A DNA stretch of 64,000 bases from Actinomycetota bacterium (lineage in GTDB: Bacteria > Actinomycetota > Actinomycetes > Actinomycetales > Microbacteriaceae): positions 1,559-65,558 of the forward strand of contig RFTL01000001.1 of the NCBI GenBank assembly GCA_009923455.1. Reading direction: 5' to 3'. This document shows positions 38,178 through 46,536 of the stretch, piece by piece. The notes under the pieces are model-generated. The model searched no databases and was not told the DNA's origin. It saw only the letters and a list, made by a program, of their open reading frames with translations. How positions within the stretch are numbered: the first letter of the stretch is position 1; every line of letters starts with the position of its first letter. The position numbers and the translations under genes are program-made.

Positions 38178-39343
38178 TTGCGGCGGCCATCGCGCTTCTT
38201 GCCCCACTAACCGCCTCTGGCCAGTGGTGGATAACCGACTACGGTTTTGATCAGACCAGCCTCAGTGGCAAGGGCGCAGTGGTTGCGGTTATTGACACCG
38301 GTATCGATGATTCCCACCCGGACCTGCAGGGAACGGTTTTGTCGGGAAGAGATTTCTCTGGAGCAGGCGCCCCTGATGGAACAGCGCCGGTTGGACCAGC
38401 TGGTTACCACGGAACCATGGTTGCCTCCCTGATTGCAGGTCAAGGCTCGGCAGGTGGGGTTCGGGGTGTAGCACCAGAGGCCAAGCTTCTTGCTCTGAGT
38501 ATCGGAGTTGGGGTGCAAGGCGCGGACACAGATTTGCAAATTGCTCAGGCGATTCGCTGGGCGGTCGATGAAGGTGCAGATGTAATCAACATCTCGCTTT
38601 CTCGAAACTCCAAATCTTGGCCAAAAAGCTGGGATGAGGCGTTTAGCTATGCCTTTGAAAACGACGTGGTGCTTGTCGCGTCCAGTGGCAATCGAGTAGG
38701 GGAGTCGGCAAACCCGACCGCTCCGGCGACTATCCCCGGAGTTGTGGCGGTGGGCGGGCTTGCCAAAGATAAATCTGGAGCAGAGCTCGCATCGACCACT
38801 GGCATTGCCCTCGCAGTCACCGCACCTGCGGAGGATCTGATGGGTAGCTTTCCTGGTGGTGAGGTCAGAAAGTGGTCCGGTTCCTCCGCAGCCGCACCAC
38901 TAGTTTCTGGTCTTCTTGCACTGATGGTTGAGGCAGATCCGAAGGCAAGCGCAAACGACCTAATTCAAAGACTCATCGCCACAACCACAGATTTGGGTGA
39001 ACCTGGGTTTGATGCTATCTACGGTTTTGGAGCGATTAATCCCAAAAGCGCAGTGGAATCCAAGCTGACTGCATCGCAGAACCCACTTGGCTCTTTAGAG
39101 CAGTGGATAAAGCTCTATCGAGCAGGGAACTCAGAGCCTGAGGCAAGTATCAAGACTCCAGACCTTCCAGAGCAGGTTACATCCACCGAACAAGAAGTCA
39201 GAGCAGTGGCGACCAAATCCGATTTATCGGCCTCTAATGCTGTTTCCTGGTGGTCGAATCCGCTACTGTATTGGGTGTTAGCCCCCCTTGCACTGTTGCT
39301 TTGGTTCGCTTTGCGGTCAAGGCAAGGCAAGAAGCAGAGCTAG
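38168..39343 (+). CDS. S8 subtilisin-family serine peptidase with signal peptide and C-terminal TM anchor (mycosin-like architecture)
   Basis: Catalytic triad context is VIDTGIDDSHPDL (Asp), HGTMVASLIAG (His) and GSSAAAPLVSG (Ser). N-terminal signal is MRLVAAAIALLAPLTASG. C-terminal anchor is WWSNPLLYWVLAPLALLLWFALRSRQGKK. Confidence 0.85.
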   Translation: MRLVAAAIALLAPLTASGQWWITDYGFDQTSLSGKGAVVAVIDTGIDDSHPDLQGTVLSGRDFSGAGAPDGTAPVGPAGYHGTMVASLIAGQGSAGGVRGVAPEAKLLALSIGVGVQGADTDLQIAQAIRWAVDEGADVINISLSRNSKSWPKSWDEAFSYAFENDVVLVASSGNRVGESANPTAPATIPGVVAVGGLAKDKSGAELASTTGIALAVTAPAEDLMGSFPGGEVRKWSGSSAAAPLVSGLLALMVEADPKASANDLIQRLIATTTDLGEPGFDAIYGFGAINPKSAVESKLTASQNPLGSLEQWIKLYRAGNSEPEASIKTPDLPEQVTSTEQEVRAVATKSDLSASNAVSWWSNPLLYWVLAPLALLLWFALRSRQGKKQS

Positions 39344-39346
39344 AAA

Positions 39347-40756
39347 ATGAGAAGGTATTACTCGAACATGAGTGAAGTGACCAAGAAGTCCAGAACCCCG
39401 CAAGCAATCGCAGCAGAGATTCTCAACCCAAAGGCCCCACAGCGAATTCTGATCATTGGTGGTGGTTACGCAGGTTTTTACACCGCATGGAAGCTTGAGA
39501 AGCTGCTCGGCAAAAATGAGGCTGAGGTTACTTTGGTTGATCCGCTGCCATACATGACCTATCAGCCGTTTTTGCCTGAGGTTGCAGCAGGTCACATCGA
39601 AGCTCGCCACGTGGTGGTTTCTCACCGTCAGCACCTGAAGAAGACCAAGTTGATTTCTGGTCGCATGACCAAGGTGAATCACAAACTTCGCAAGGCAACC
39701 ATTCAAATTGAGGGTGCTAAGCCAATCACCTTGGAATACGACCAGATCGTAATGACCGCTGGTGCAGTGACCAGAACTTTCCCGATCAAGGGAATCGCCG
39801 AAGAGGCGATCGGTATGAAGACCATCGAAGAGGCAGTAGAGGTTAGAAACCGCCTTATCGGTAACTTTGAAAGAGCGGCCGCAATGCCGGCGGGACCGGC
39901 TCGTGACAGACTGCTCACCTTCGTTGTTGTCGGTGGTGGCTTTGCTGGAATCGAGACCTTCGCTGAACTTCGCTCAACCGCAACCTACCTGCTGCGCCAC
40001 TACCCAGAGATTAAGTTCGAGGACGTGAAGTTCCACCTGATTGAGGCGATGGGTCGCATCATGCCAGAGGTGTCTCTGAAGACCGCTGAGTGGGTCGTCG
40101 CGAACCTTGACAAGCGTGGCGCAAAGATTCACCTAAACACCCAGCTTGAGTCTGCCGAGGGCGGAGTTTGCAAGCTTTCAACCGGAGAGAGCTTTGCCTC
40201 CGATCTGATCATTTGGACCGCAGGTGTTGCAGCTGCGCCGGTGGTAAAAAACACCGACTTCCCGCTCGATGCCAGGTTCCGCCTCAACGCCAACGCCAAG
40301 CTTCAAATCGTTGATGGCGAGAAGGTGCTTCAGGGTGCTTGGACCGCGGGAGATGTTTCTGCAGTTCCAGATCTAACCGGTGGCGGAGTTGGCGGTTACT
40401 GTGTTCCAAATGCTCAACATGCTGTGCGCCAGGCCAAGCTTTTGGCAAAGAACATCGTCGCTTCGATTCGCGGCGAAGAGATTCGCGAATACTTCCACAA
40501 GAACCTTGGTGCAGTTGCAGGTTTGGGCATTGGTGTTGGTGCCTTCCAATCTGGAAAGATCGGTATCACGGGCTTTATTGCGTGGATCATGCACCGCGGC
40601 TACCACGGTTTGGCAATGCCAACTTGGGAGCGCAAGATTCGCGTGGTCTCCGGTTGGGTTTGGAACTTCATTCTGGGTCGTGACCTGGTTTCTTTGGAGC
40701 AGGTGCGAAACCCTCGATTATTCTTTGCTTCCTGGGCCGCAAAACCCGGTAAGTAA
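39347..40756 (+). CDS. ndh: type II NADH dehydrogenase (NDH-2)
   Basis: 469 aa with two dinucleotide-binding motifs, ILIIGGGYAGF and VVVGGGFAGIE. The start may instead be ATG 39368. Confidence 0.85.
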   Translation: MRRYYSNMSEVTKKSRTPQAIAAEILNPKAPQRILIIGGGYAGFYTAWKLEKLLGKNEAEVTLVDPLPYMTYQPFLPEVAAGHIEARHVVVSHRQHLKKTKLISGRMTKVNHKLRKATIQIEGAKPITLEYDQIVMTAGAVTRTFPIKGIAEEAIGMKTIEEAVEVRNRLIGNFERAAAMPAGPARDRLLTFVVVGGGFAGIETFAELRSTATYLLRHYPEIKFEDVKFHLIEAMGRIMPEVSLKTAEWVVANLDKRGAKIHLNTQLESAEGGVCKLSTGESFASDLIIWTAGVAAAPVVKNTDFPLDARFRLNANAKLQIVDGEKVLQGAWTAGDVSAVPDLTGGGVGGYCVPNAQHAVRQAKLLAKNIVASIRGEEIREYFHKNLGAVAGLGIGVGAFQSGKIGITGFIAWIMHRGYHGLAMPTWERKIRVVSGWVWNFILGRDLVSLEQVRNPRLFFASWAAKPGK

Positions 40757-40764
40757 GCTTGCCG

Positions 40765-40790
40765 AAGGCCTGGGGAAACCCAGGCCTTTT
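40765..40790 (+). terminator. rho-independent terminator after ndh
   Basis: 10-bp stem AAGGCCTGGG / CCCAGGCCTT with a GAAA loop, followed by TT. Confidence 0.65.
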
Positions 40791-40795
40791 GCATT

Positions 40796-40868
40796 GCCCC
40801 GATAGCCCAATGGCAGAGGCAGACGACTTAAAATCGTCACAGTGTGGGTTCGAGTCCCACTCGGGGCA
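40796..40868 (+). tRNA. tRNA with anticodon TAA (Leu by anticodon) but class-I architecture (5-nt variable loop)
   Basis: A 73-nt cloverleaf. Acceptor GCCCCGA/TCGGGGC, D arm GCC-CAATGGCAGA-GGC, anticodon stem GACGA/TCGTC, loop CTTAAAA, variable ACAGT, T arm GTGGG-TTCGAGT-CCCAC, discriminator A. No CCA is encoded. Confidence 0.8.
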
Positions 40869-40944
40869 CAAAATTCTTCTAGCGCTCTAACAGCAAACTG
40901 CCAGTAAGGCTTCATAATGTTGAAGGATTCAAGCTAGGAGCAAA

Positions 40945-41511
40945 ATGGAAGTACTTTGGATCATCCTTGCGGTAGTTGCCATCTTTGGTATCTATCTTTG
41001 GGTTACCTACAATGCCTTGGTCACTCTGAAGGTCCGCGTTGACGAGGCCTGGAGCGACATTACGATCCAGCTAAAGCGCAGAGCTGACCTGATTCCAAAC
41101 CTGATCGAAACCGTTCGAGGTTACGCCTCGCATGAGCGCGAAGTTTTTGAGAACGTAACCAAGGCGAGAGCCGCAACTGTTTCCCCTGAGGCTCTGGCTC
41201 ACCCAGCGATGGCAGCCGAGGCAGAGGGGATGCTGCAGGGCGCACTGAAAAGCCTGTTCGCAGTTTCAGAGGCATATCCGCAACTGGTTGCATCACAGAA
41301 CTTTTTGGAGCTTCAGCGTGAGCTCACGGACACGGAAGACAAGATCATGGCGTCTCGCCGCTTCTTCAACGGTGGCGTGCGCGAGCTGAACACCAAAATT
41401 CAGCAGTTCCCAAACAACATTTTTGCCAAGAACCTGGGCTTTACCGAACGGGAGTTCTTCGAGGTAGAAAACCCAGCGGCAATTCAAGAGCCACCTCAGG
41501 TCAAGTTCTAG
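40945..41511 (+). CDS. LemA-family protein
   Basis: 188 aa. Has an N-terminal TM helix, then YNALV..K..V.EAWSDI..QLKRRADLIPNL and ..RRFFNGGVRELN. Confidence 0.9.
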   Translation: MEVLWIILAVVAIFGIYLWVTYNALVTLKVRVDEAWSDITIQLKRRADLIPNLIETVRGYASHEREVFENVTKARAATVSPEALAHPAMAAEAEGMLQGALKSLFAVSEAYPQLVASQNFLELQRELTDTEDKIMASRRFFNGGVRELNTKIQQFPNNIFAKNLGFTEREFFEVENPAAIQEPPQVKF

Positions 41512-41520
41512 GAGAGCACT

Positions 41521-42417
41521 TTGTATTCGGCGATAGCCGCGAATAAGCGCAACACCGCACTCATCATTGCCGGCTTTGTCCTGCTCCTGGGAGCTTTGGC
41601 CTTTTGGTGGGGTCAGGTATCTGGCAATGGGTCTAGCGCGCTGCTAATCATCTTGTTTGTCTTTGGCTATGCACTGTTCCAGTACTACGCGGCATCTTCG
41701 CTTGCAATTGCGATGAGCGGAGCTTACCCAATTCAAAAATCTGACAACCCACGGCTTTGGAACATCGTTGAGAACTTGAGCATCTCTCAGGGCATGCCCA
41801 TGCCCAAGGTTTACATCATCAATGATCCAGCTCCGAATGCCTTTGCTACAGGCCGTGATCCAAAGAACGCCGTGGTCGCAGCCACCACCGGCTTACTCGA
41901 CATCATGAATGACAACGAGCTCGAAGGCGTCATGGCTCACGAGCTTGGGCATGTCAAGAATTACGACATTCGGGTTTCAACAATCGTTTTTGGTTTAGTT
42001 TCGGCGGTCGGAATTCTGGCTGATTTCGCAATGCGCATGGCATGGTTCTCTGGCATGGGTGGAAATGATAGAAACTCAAATGCCGGTCAGCTGCAGGCCT
42101 TCATGATCTTGATTGGAATTGTCGGCTGGATTGTTGCTGCACTAATCGGGCCGATTGTCTCCGCAGCGGTTTCTCGCCAGAGAGAGTACTTAGCTGATGC
42201 CTCTGGAGCTCAGATGACTCGATACCCGCAAGGACTAGCTTCGGCTCTTCAGAAGCTTGGTGAGTACGGTCGCCCCATGCGCAAAGTTAACTCTTCGATG
42301 GCTCACATGTACATCAATGACCCAATCAAGCCAGGTTTTGTAGAGCGCGTATTCTCTACCCACCCACCAATTCCAAAGCGAATTGAGCGTTTGACTCAGA
42401 TTGGTTCAAGCTTCTAA
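41521..42417 (+). CDS. htpX: M48-family zinc metalloprotease HtpX
   Basis: 298 aa. Contains HELGHVKNYD (the HExxH motif) and four TM segments. Paired with lemA. Confidence 0.85.
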   Translation: MYSAIAANKRNTALIIAGFVLLLGALAFWWGQVSGNGSSALLIILFVFGYALFQYYAASSLAIAMSGAYPIQKSDNPRLWNIVENLSISQGMPMPKVYIINDPAPNAFATGRDPKNAVVAATTGLLDIMNDNELEGVMAHELGHVKNYDIRVSTIVFGLVSAVGILADFAMRMAWFSGMGGNDRNSNAGQLQAFMILIGIVGWIVAALIGPIVSAAVSRQREYLADASGAQMTRYPQGLASALQKLGEYGRPMRKVNSSMAHMYINDPIKPGFVERVFSTHPPIPKRIERLTQIGSSF

Positions 42418-42459
42418 ATCACTAGACTTTGACTCATTCGAAGTTCTAAGGTCTGTTAG

Positions 42460-43692
42460 ATGTCAACCAAGCTGCCCACTCTCGACGATTTCTACTCGAC
42501 TCTCGAGAATGTTCGCACCATTGCGCTAAAGACCCCAATGCTGCCAAGTCATTGGCTTTCTGAGCAAACCGGCCAGGAAGTTTGGTTCAAGTGCGAGAAC
42601 CTGCAGCGCACCGGAGCTTACAAAATTCGCGGTGCCTACAACATGATCTCCGGGCTAACCCCCGAAGAAAAAAAGCGTGGCGTGGTGGCAGCATCGGCTG
42701 GAAACCACGCTCAGGGTGTCGCGCTTGCCGCCAAACAACTAGGCATCAAAGCCACTATCTTTATGCCGGTTGGGGCATCGCTTCCGAAGTACCAAGCCAC
42801 ACTCGGCTACGGCGCAGAAGTGGTTTTGGCCGGTGCAATCTTTGATGAGACCTTGGCGGCAGCCAAGGAGTTTACGGCCAAGACTGGAGCAGTTTTTGTC
42901 CCACCGTTTGATCATCCCGAGATCATCAAAGGCCAGGGCACTGTAGCTCTTGAGATCATGGAGCAACTTCCCGATGTTGACAACATCGTGGTTTGTCTTG
43001 GTGGTGGAGGTCTAACCGCTGGAGTCTCACTGGCCGCCAAGCTAAAGGCCAAAGCCCTTGGTAAAAAGATCAAGGTTTACGCTGTTCAAGCCGAAGCTGC
43101 CGCCGCTTATCCGCCATCGCTCAAGTCTGGAAAGCCAATCGATATCAAGGTTCAGCCAACCATCGCGGACGGTATTGCGGTTGCTAGGCCGGGGAAGCTG
43201 CCATTTGAAATCATCAAGCAGCACGTCGACAAGGTTGTCACCGTCTCCGAAGATGACATCGCCAAGGCGATGGTTGCAGTTATGGAGCGCTCCAAGCTGG
43301 TGGTTGAGGCCGGTGGTGTTGTCGGTGCGGCAGCCATCATGTCCGGAAAGCTCAAGCTGAAGGGAACCACCGTGGTGATTCTCTCTGGCGGCAATATTGA
43401 TCCGCTTTTGTTGCAGCGAGTCATCCGACATGGTCTCGCCGCCTCTGATCGCTACACCAACATCTCTGTGATGCTGCCAGACCGTCCAGGTCAGCTAGTT
43501 CGCACCGCTGAGGCGGTGGCAGCTGCGCAGGCTAACGTCGTGGAGGTGCTGCACACCAGGCACGGCAACGGTTTGCAGATTTCAGAGGTCGAACTGAATC
43601 TCTCAGTGGAAACCAGGGGCAAAGAGCACCGCGAGGAGCTCATGAAGTCTTTGAAGGCAGCTGGGCTAAGACCCAAACTTCACGAAGACTAG
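42460..43692 (+). CDS. ilvA: threonine ammonia-lyase (threonine dehydratase)
   Basis: 410 aa. Has the PLP site KCENLQRTGAYKIRGA, SAGNHAQG and a C-terminal ACT-like regulatory domain. Confidence 0.85.
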   Translation: MSTKLPTLDDFYSTLENVRTIALKTPMLPSHWLSEQTGQEVWFKCENLQRTGAYKIRGAYNMISGLTPEEKKRGVVAASAGNHAQGVALAAKQLGIKATIFMPVGASLPKYQATLGYGAEVVLAGAIFDETLAAAKEFTAKTGAVFVPPFDHPEIIKGQGTVALEIMEQLPDVDNIVVCLGGGGLTAGVSLAAKLKAKALGKKIKVYAVQAEAAAAYPPSLKSGKPIDIKVQPTIADGIAVARPGKLPFEIIKQHVDKVVTVSEDDIAKAMVAVMERSKLVVEAGGVVGAAAIMSGKLKLKGTTVVILSGGNIDPLLLQRVIRHGLAASDRYTNISVMLPDRPGQLVRTAEAVAAAQANVVEVLHTRHGNGLQISEVELNLSVETRGKEHREELMKSLKAAGLRPKLHED

Positions 43693-44201
43693 AACTCGAA
43701 TTCGCTCACACCGGTGATTTCAACGGTGATTGCTTTGCCGTTCGGTGCGGTATAGCTGACGGTTTCACCAATCTTCTTGCCAAGCACCTGCTTGCCGATT
43801 GGAGAGTCTGGGCTGTAAACATCAAGGTCACCCTCTTCGATTGCAACCTCATGCTTGGTTCCCTCAAAAATCTCATGTGAGCCAAGGAAGAATTCAGTGT
43901 CCCTACCGTTTAGCTTGCACTTGACCATAAGGCCCTGCTTCACAATCCCATCCGAGGCATCAGCCTCTCCGATGGTCGCATTGGCCAGCATCTCCTCCAG
44001 TCGGTTGATGCGCGCTTCGATCTTGCCCTGCTCTTCTTTGGCGGCGTGGTAGCCACCGTTCTCCTTGAGATCGCCCTCTTCGCGAGCGTCTTGGATGCGC
44101 TTGGCTATCTCCACGCGACCAACCGTGATCAGTCGCTCCAGCTCATCCTTGAGCCGGTCATAGGCAGCCTGCGTTAGCAGCATTGAATCAGTCATAGGCA
44201 C
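43689..44201 (-). CDS. greA: transcription elongation factor GreA
   Basis: 170 aa. Contains LT..AYDRLKDELERL..R.EIAKRIQDAREEGDLKENGGYHAAKEEQG. Confidence 0.95.
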   Translation of the reverse strand: MPMTDSMLLTQAAYDRLKDELERLITVGRVEIAKRIQDAREEGDLKENGGYHAAKEEQGKIEARINRLEEMLANATIGEADASDGIVKQGLMVKCKLNGRDTEFFLGSHEIFEGTKHEVAIEEGDLDVYSPDSPIGKQVLGKKIGETVSYTAPNGKAITVEITGVSEFEF

Positions 44202-44246
44202 TTCCAGGAATTGAAAATGCTCGCCTAGCGAGCAATGCAGAAAATA

Positions 44247-44630
44247 CTAACGCAGACGGCACTCGTCTACTAAACCGGTTACCGCAGCCTCGGTGGTGTT
44301 GAGAATCAGGGTGTGCCGGAGGGTATCAAATTCTGCTGGACCAAACTCAAATTCTTTCCAGCCAACCGGTGCGAAAGAGTTGTTCAAAGCCTCCACAGAG
44401 CAAATCACCGTGGCATCCTTTGCCTTTGTAATTTCAACATCGACTTCAATCCGGGTTTCGCTGAGCACTCGGTAACCAACATCTTTGTAGCTAAATGGCT
44501 GCAGGTTGCCGATTGCGAAGTAGGCGGTGGTCCCAACCATCGCAATGAGTCCAAGAATCGCAAAGAGTCGAAATCGTTTTGGATTCGACTTTTTCACGCC
44601 ATAGCGACTGGAAAGAATGTCTTGGTTCAC
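44247..44630 (-). CDS. DUF4307 domain protein (membrane-anchored, greA-adjacent)
   Basis: 127 aa with an N-terminal TM helix. Its position next to greA is conserved in Actinobacteria (Rv1081c-like, from memory). Confidence 0.7.
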   Translation of the reverse strand: MNQDILSSRYGVKKSNPKRFRLFAILGLIAMVGTTAYFAIGNLQPFSYKDVGYRVLSETRIEVDVEITKAKDATVICSVEALNNSFAPVGWKEFEFGPAEFDTLRHTLILNTTEAAVTGLVDECRLR

Positions 44631-44666
44631 GCTATAAGGCTAATCGCTGGTGAGATACTTATCGGC

Positions 44667-44963
44667 ATGGATTTACTGCTTGCCGCTCTGCTTCAGGCCA
44701 CCGTGACACCAACCCCGGTGCCCGACGACACCTACAACTCACCCGGCACGGTTGGGTTTCTGGTCACCTTTGCCGTCGCAGGCATCGCAGTCTTTCTGAT
44801 CTTCGATATGAATCGCAGAGTTCGTGCCACACGCTATCGCACCGAGGTTAGAGAAAAACTAGCCTTGGAAGAACTGGAGAACCTCAAGGTTGAAAAACCT
44901 GAGCGCCCAGCTCCTCCGGCTAAACCGAACCGAGGGAACCAGGAATCGGGTTCAAGCCAATAA
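44667..44963 (+). CDS. small membrane protein, hypothetical
   Basis: Internal ATG 44667 of ORF 44313..44963. The upstream part of that ORF is antisense to the DUF4307 gene. The product has one TM helix (GFLVTFAVAGIAVFLIF) and a charged tail. Confidence 0.5.
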   Translation: MDLLLAALLQATVTPTPVPDDTYNSPGTVGFLVTFAVAGIAVFLIFDMNRRVRATRYRTEVREKLALEELENLKVEKPERPAPPAKPNRGNQESGSSQ

Positions 44964-45636
44964 TCAGCGCGGCAACCCAGTGGCAAAAGAATGCCGCCAC
45001 AGTGAGCGCGTGAAAAATCTCGTGAAAACCGAAATGCCTCGGTGAAGGGTTTGGTCGCTTTAGCCCGTAGATGAGAGCTCCAACTGAGTAGAACAGGCCA
45101 CCAACCAAAACCAGCGTCATCATGACCCAGTTCGCATTGAAGAAATCAACGACGAACAGCATCGCAATCCAGCCAAGCGCCAAATAGATCGGAACGTATA
45201 GCCACCTGGGGGCACCGATCCAGAAGACTCGGAAGAATATGCCAATCAGGGCTATCGACCACACCAACACCAGCAAGATCGAACCCTTCTCAGCACTCAG
45301 TGCTGAGGTGCTGATCGGGGTATAGGTGCCAGCAATTAGCAAAAAGATGTTGGCATGATCAATTCGCTTCAGCAGCTTTTTGGTGAATGGTTTCCAACGA
45401 AAGCGGTGATACAGCGCAGAGTTTCCAAACAGAAGCAGCGAGCTGGCGAAATAAACGGCCGCAGCAGTTTTAGCCACCCAGGCATCTGAGAAAACGATCA
45501 ATAGCACTCCGGCGACTAAGACAAATGGCAGAACTCCGGTGTGAATCCAGCCGCGCCAGCTCGGGCGCTGATCATCCTGTTGCCCACCCAGCTCAGAGAG
45601 CGGGACATAAAGCGGATCTGGCGTTTCCTTGCTCAT
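44920..45636 (-). CDS. hemolysin III / PAQR-family membrane protein
   Basis: 238 aa with 7 TM helices. Has the conserved ..IDHANIFLLIAGTYTP.. and HEIFHALTV motifs. Confidence 0.85.
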   Translation of the reverse strand: MSKETPDPLYVPLSELGGQQDDQRPSWRGWIHTGVLPFVLVAGVLLIVFSDAWVAKTAAAVYFASSLLLFGNSALYHRFRWKPFTKKLLKRIDHANIFLLIAGTYTPISTSALSAEKGSILLVLVWSIALIGIFFRVFWIGAPRWLYVPIYLALGWIAMLFVVDFFNANWVMMTLVLVGGLFYSVGALIYGLKRPNPSPRHFGFHEIFHALTVAAFFCHWVAALIIGLNPIPGSLGSV

Positions 45637-45682
45637 AGCCTCACCCTAATCCAATTAGTTGAACAGCGACTAAATTATTGGG

Positions 45683-46444
45683 GTGCGCAATCTTGTCTAC
45701 CGTCTCTATGAGTCACTACTGGAGCGCAACCTGGTATCAGCCGATCTACCCCGACACATTGGTGTGATGGTGGATGGAAATCGTCGCTGGGCTCAACTGC
45801 AGGGATTTGATAGAGCAGGGCACGGTCATGCCGCTGGCGCCAAAAAGATTGTCGATTTCCTGGGCTGGTGCTCAGAGCTTGGTATTGAGCACACCACCAT
45901 CTATCTACTCTCGACAGACAACCTGATTGGAAGATCAACCGAAGAGTTGAAAGAGCTTATTGACATCATTGTGAACCTTGCTGAAGAGCTGGTTGAAAAA
46001 GGTCGTTGGCAGCTCAAGGTGGTAGGGGACATCACTCAGTTGCCATATGATGCCGCGCAGCGATTGGCAGTGGTGGAAGAGAAAACCAAATCCAACCCGA
46101 AACCTTTGGTGAACCTGGCGATTGCATATGGCGGTCGCAAGGAAATCTCGGATGCCATGAGGTCAATCTTGAAAGATCATGCCGCCAAGGGCATGTCGAT
46201 CGATGAACTGGCTGATCTACTCACCCCAGAACTAATTACCGAACACCTCTACACCACAGGGCAACCCGACCCTGATCTCTTGATTCGCACCTCAGGCGAG
46301 CAACGCCTGAGCGGTTTCCTGCTTTGGCAAAGCGCAAACAGCGAGTTCTACTTCGCAGAAGCGCTCTGGCCAGATTTCAGAAGAGTGGATTTCCTGCGTG
46401 CAATGCGCGATTTCCAGCGCAGGCATCGCCGCTTCGGCAGCTGA
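45683..46444 (+). CDS. cis-isoprenyl diphosphate synthase (UppS family; possibly short-chain Z-FPP synthase, Rv1086-like)
   Basis: 253 aa. Contains PRHIGVMVDGNRRWA, LIRTSGEQRLSGFLLWQSA and a C-terminal RR.RRFG. Confidence 0.85.
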   Translation: MRNLVYRLYESLLERNLVSADLPRHIGVMVDGNRRWAQLQGFDRAGHGHAAGAKKIVDFLGWCSELGIEHTTIYLLSTDNLIGRSTEELKELIDIIVNLAEELVEKGRWQLKVVGDITQLPYDAAQRLAVVEEKTKSNPKPLVNLAIAYGGRKEISDAMRSILKDHAAKGMSIDELADLLTPELITEHLYTTGQPDPDLLIRTSGEQRLSGFLLWQSANSEFYFAEALWPDFRRVDFLRAMRDFQRRHRRFGS

Positions 46445-46536
46445 TTTTTTAACGATTGGTATTGCGGCGTGTCACGCCCAAAAAACCCTAACCTTCAGGC
46501 GTAGATTCACCTCAAGTTCCCAGCGAAGGAGAACCG

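Noticed and set aside
44313-44666. N-terminal two-thirds of the 216-aa plus-strand ORF 44313..44963
   Set aside because: This part is antisense to the well-supported DUF4307 gene and is Cys/Arg-rich. Only the portion from ATG 44667, beyond the DUF4307 start, looks like a plausible small membrane protein.
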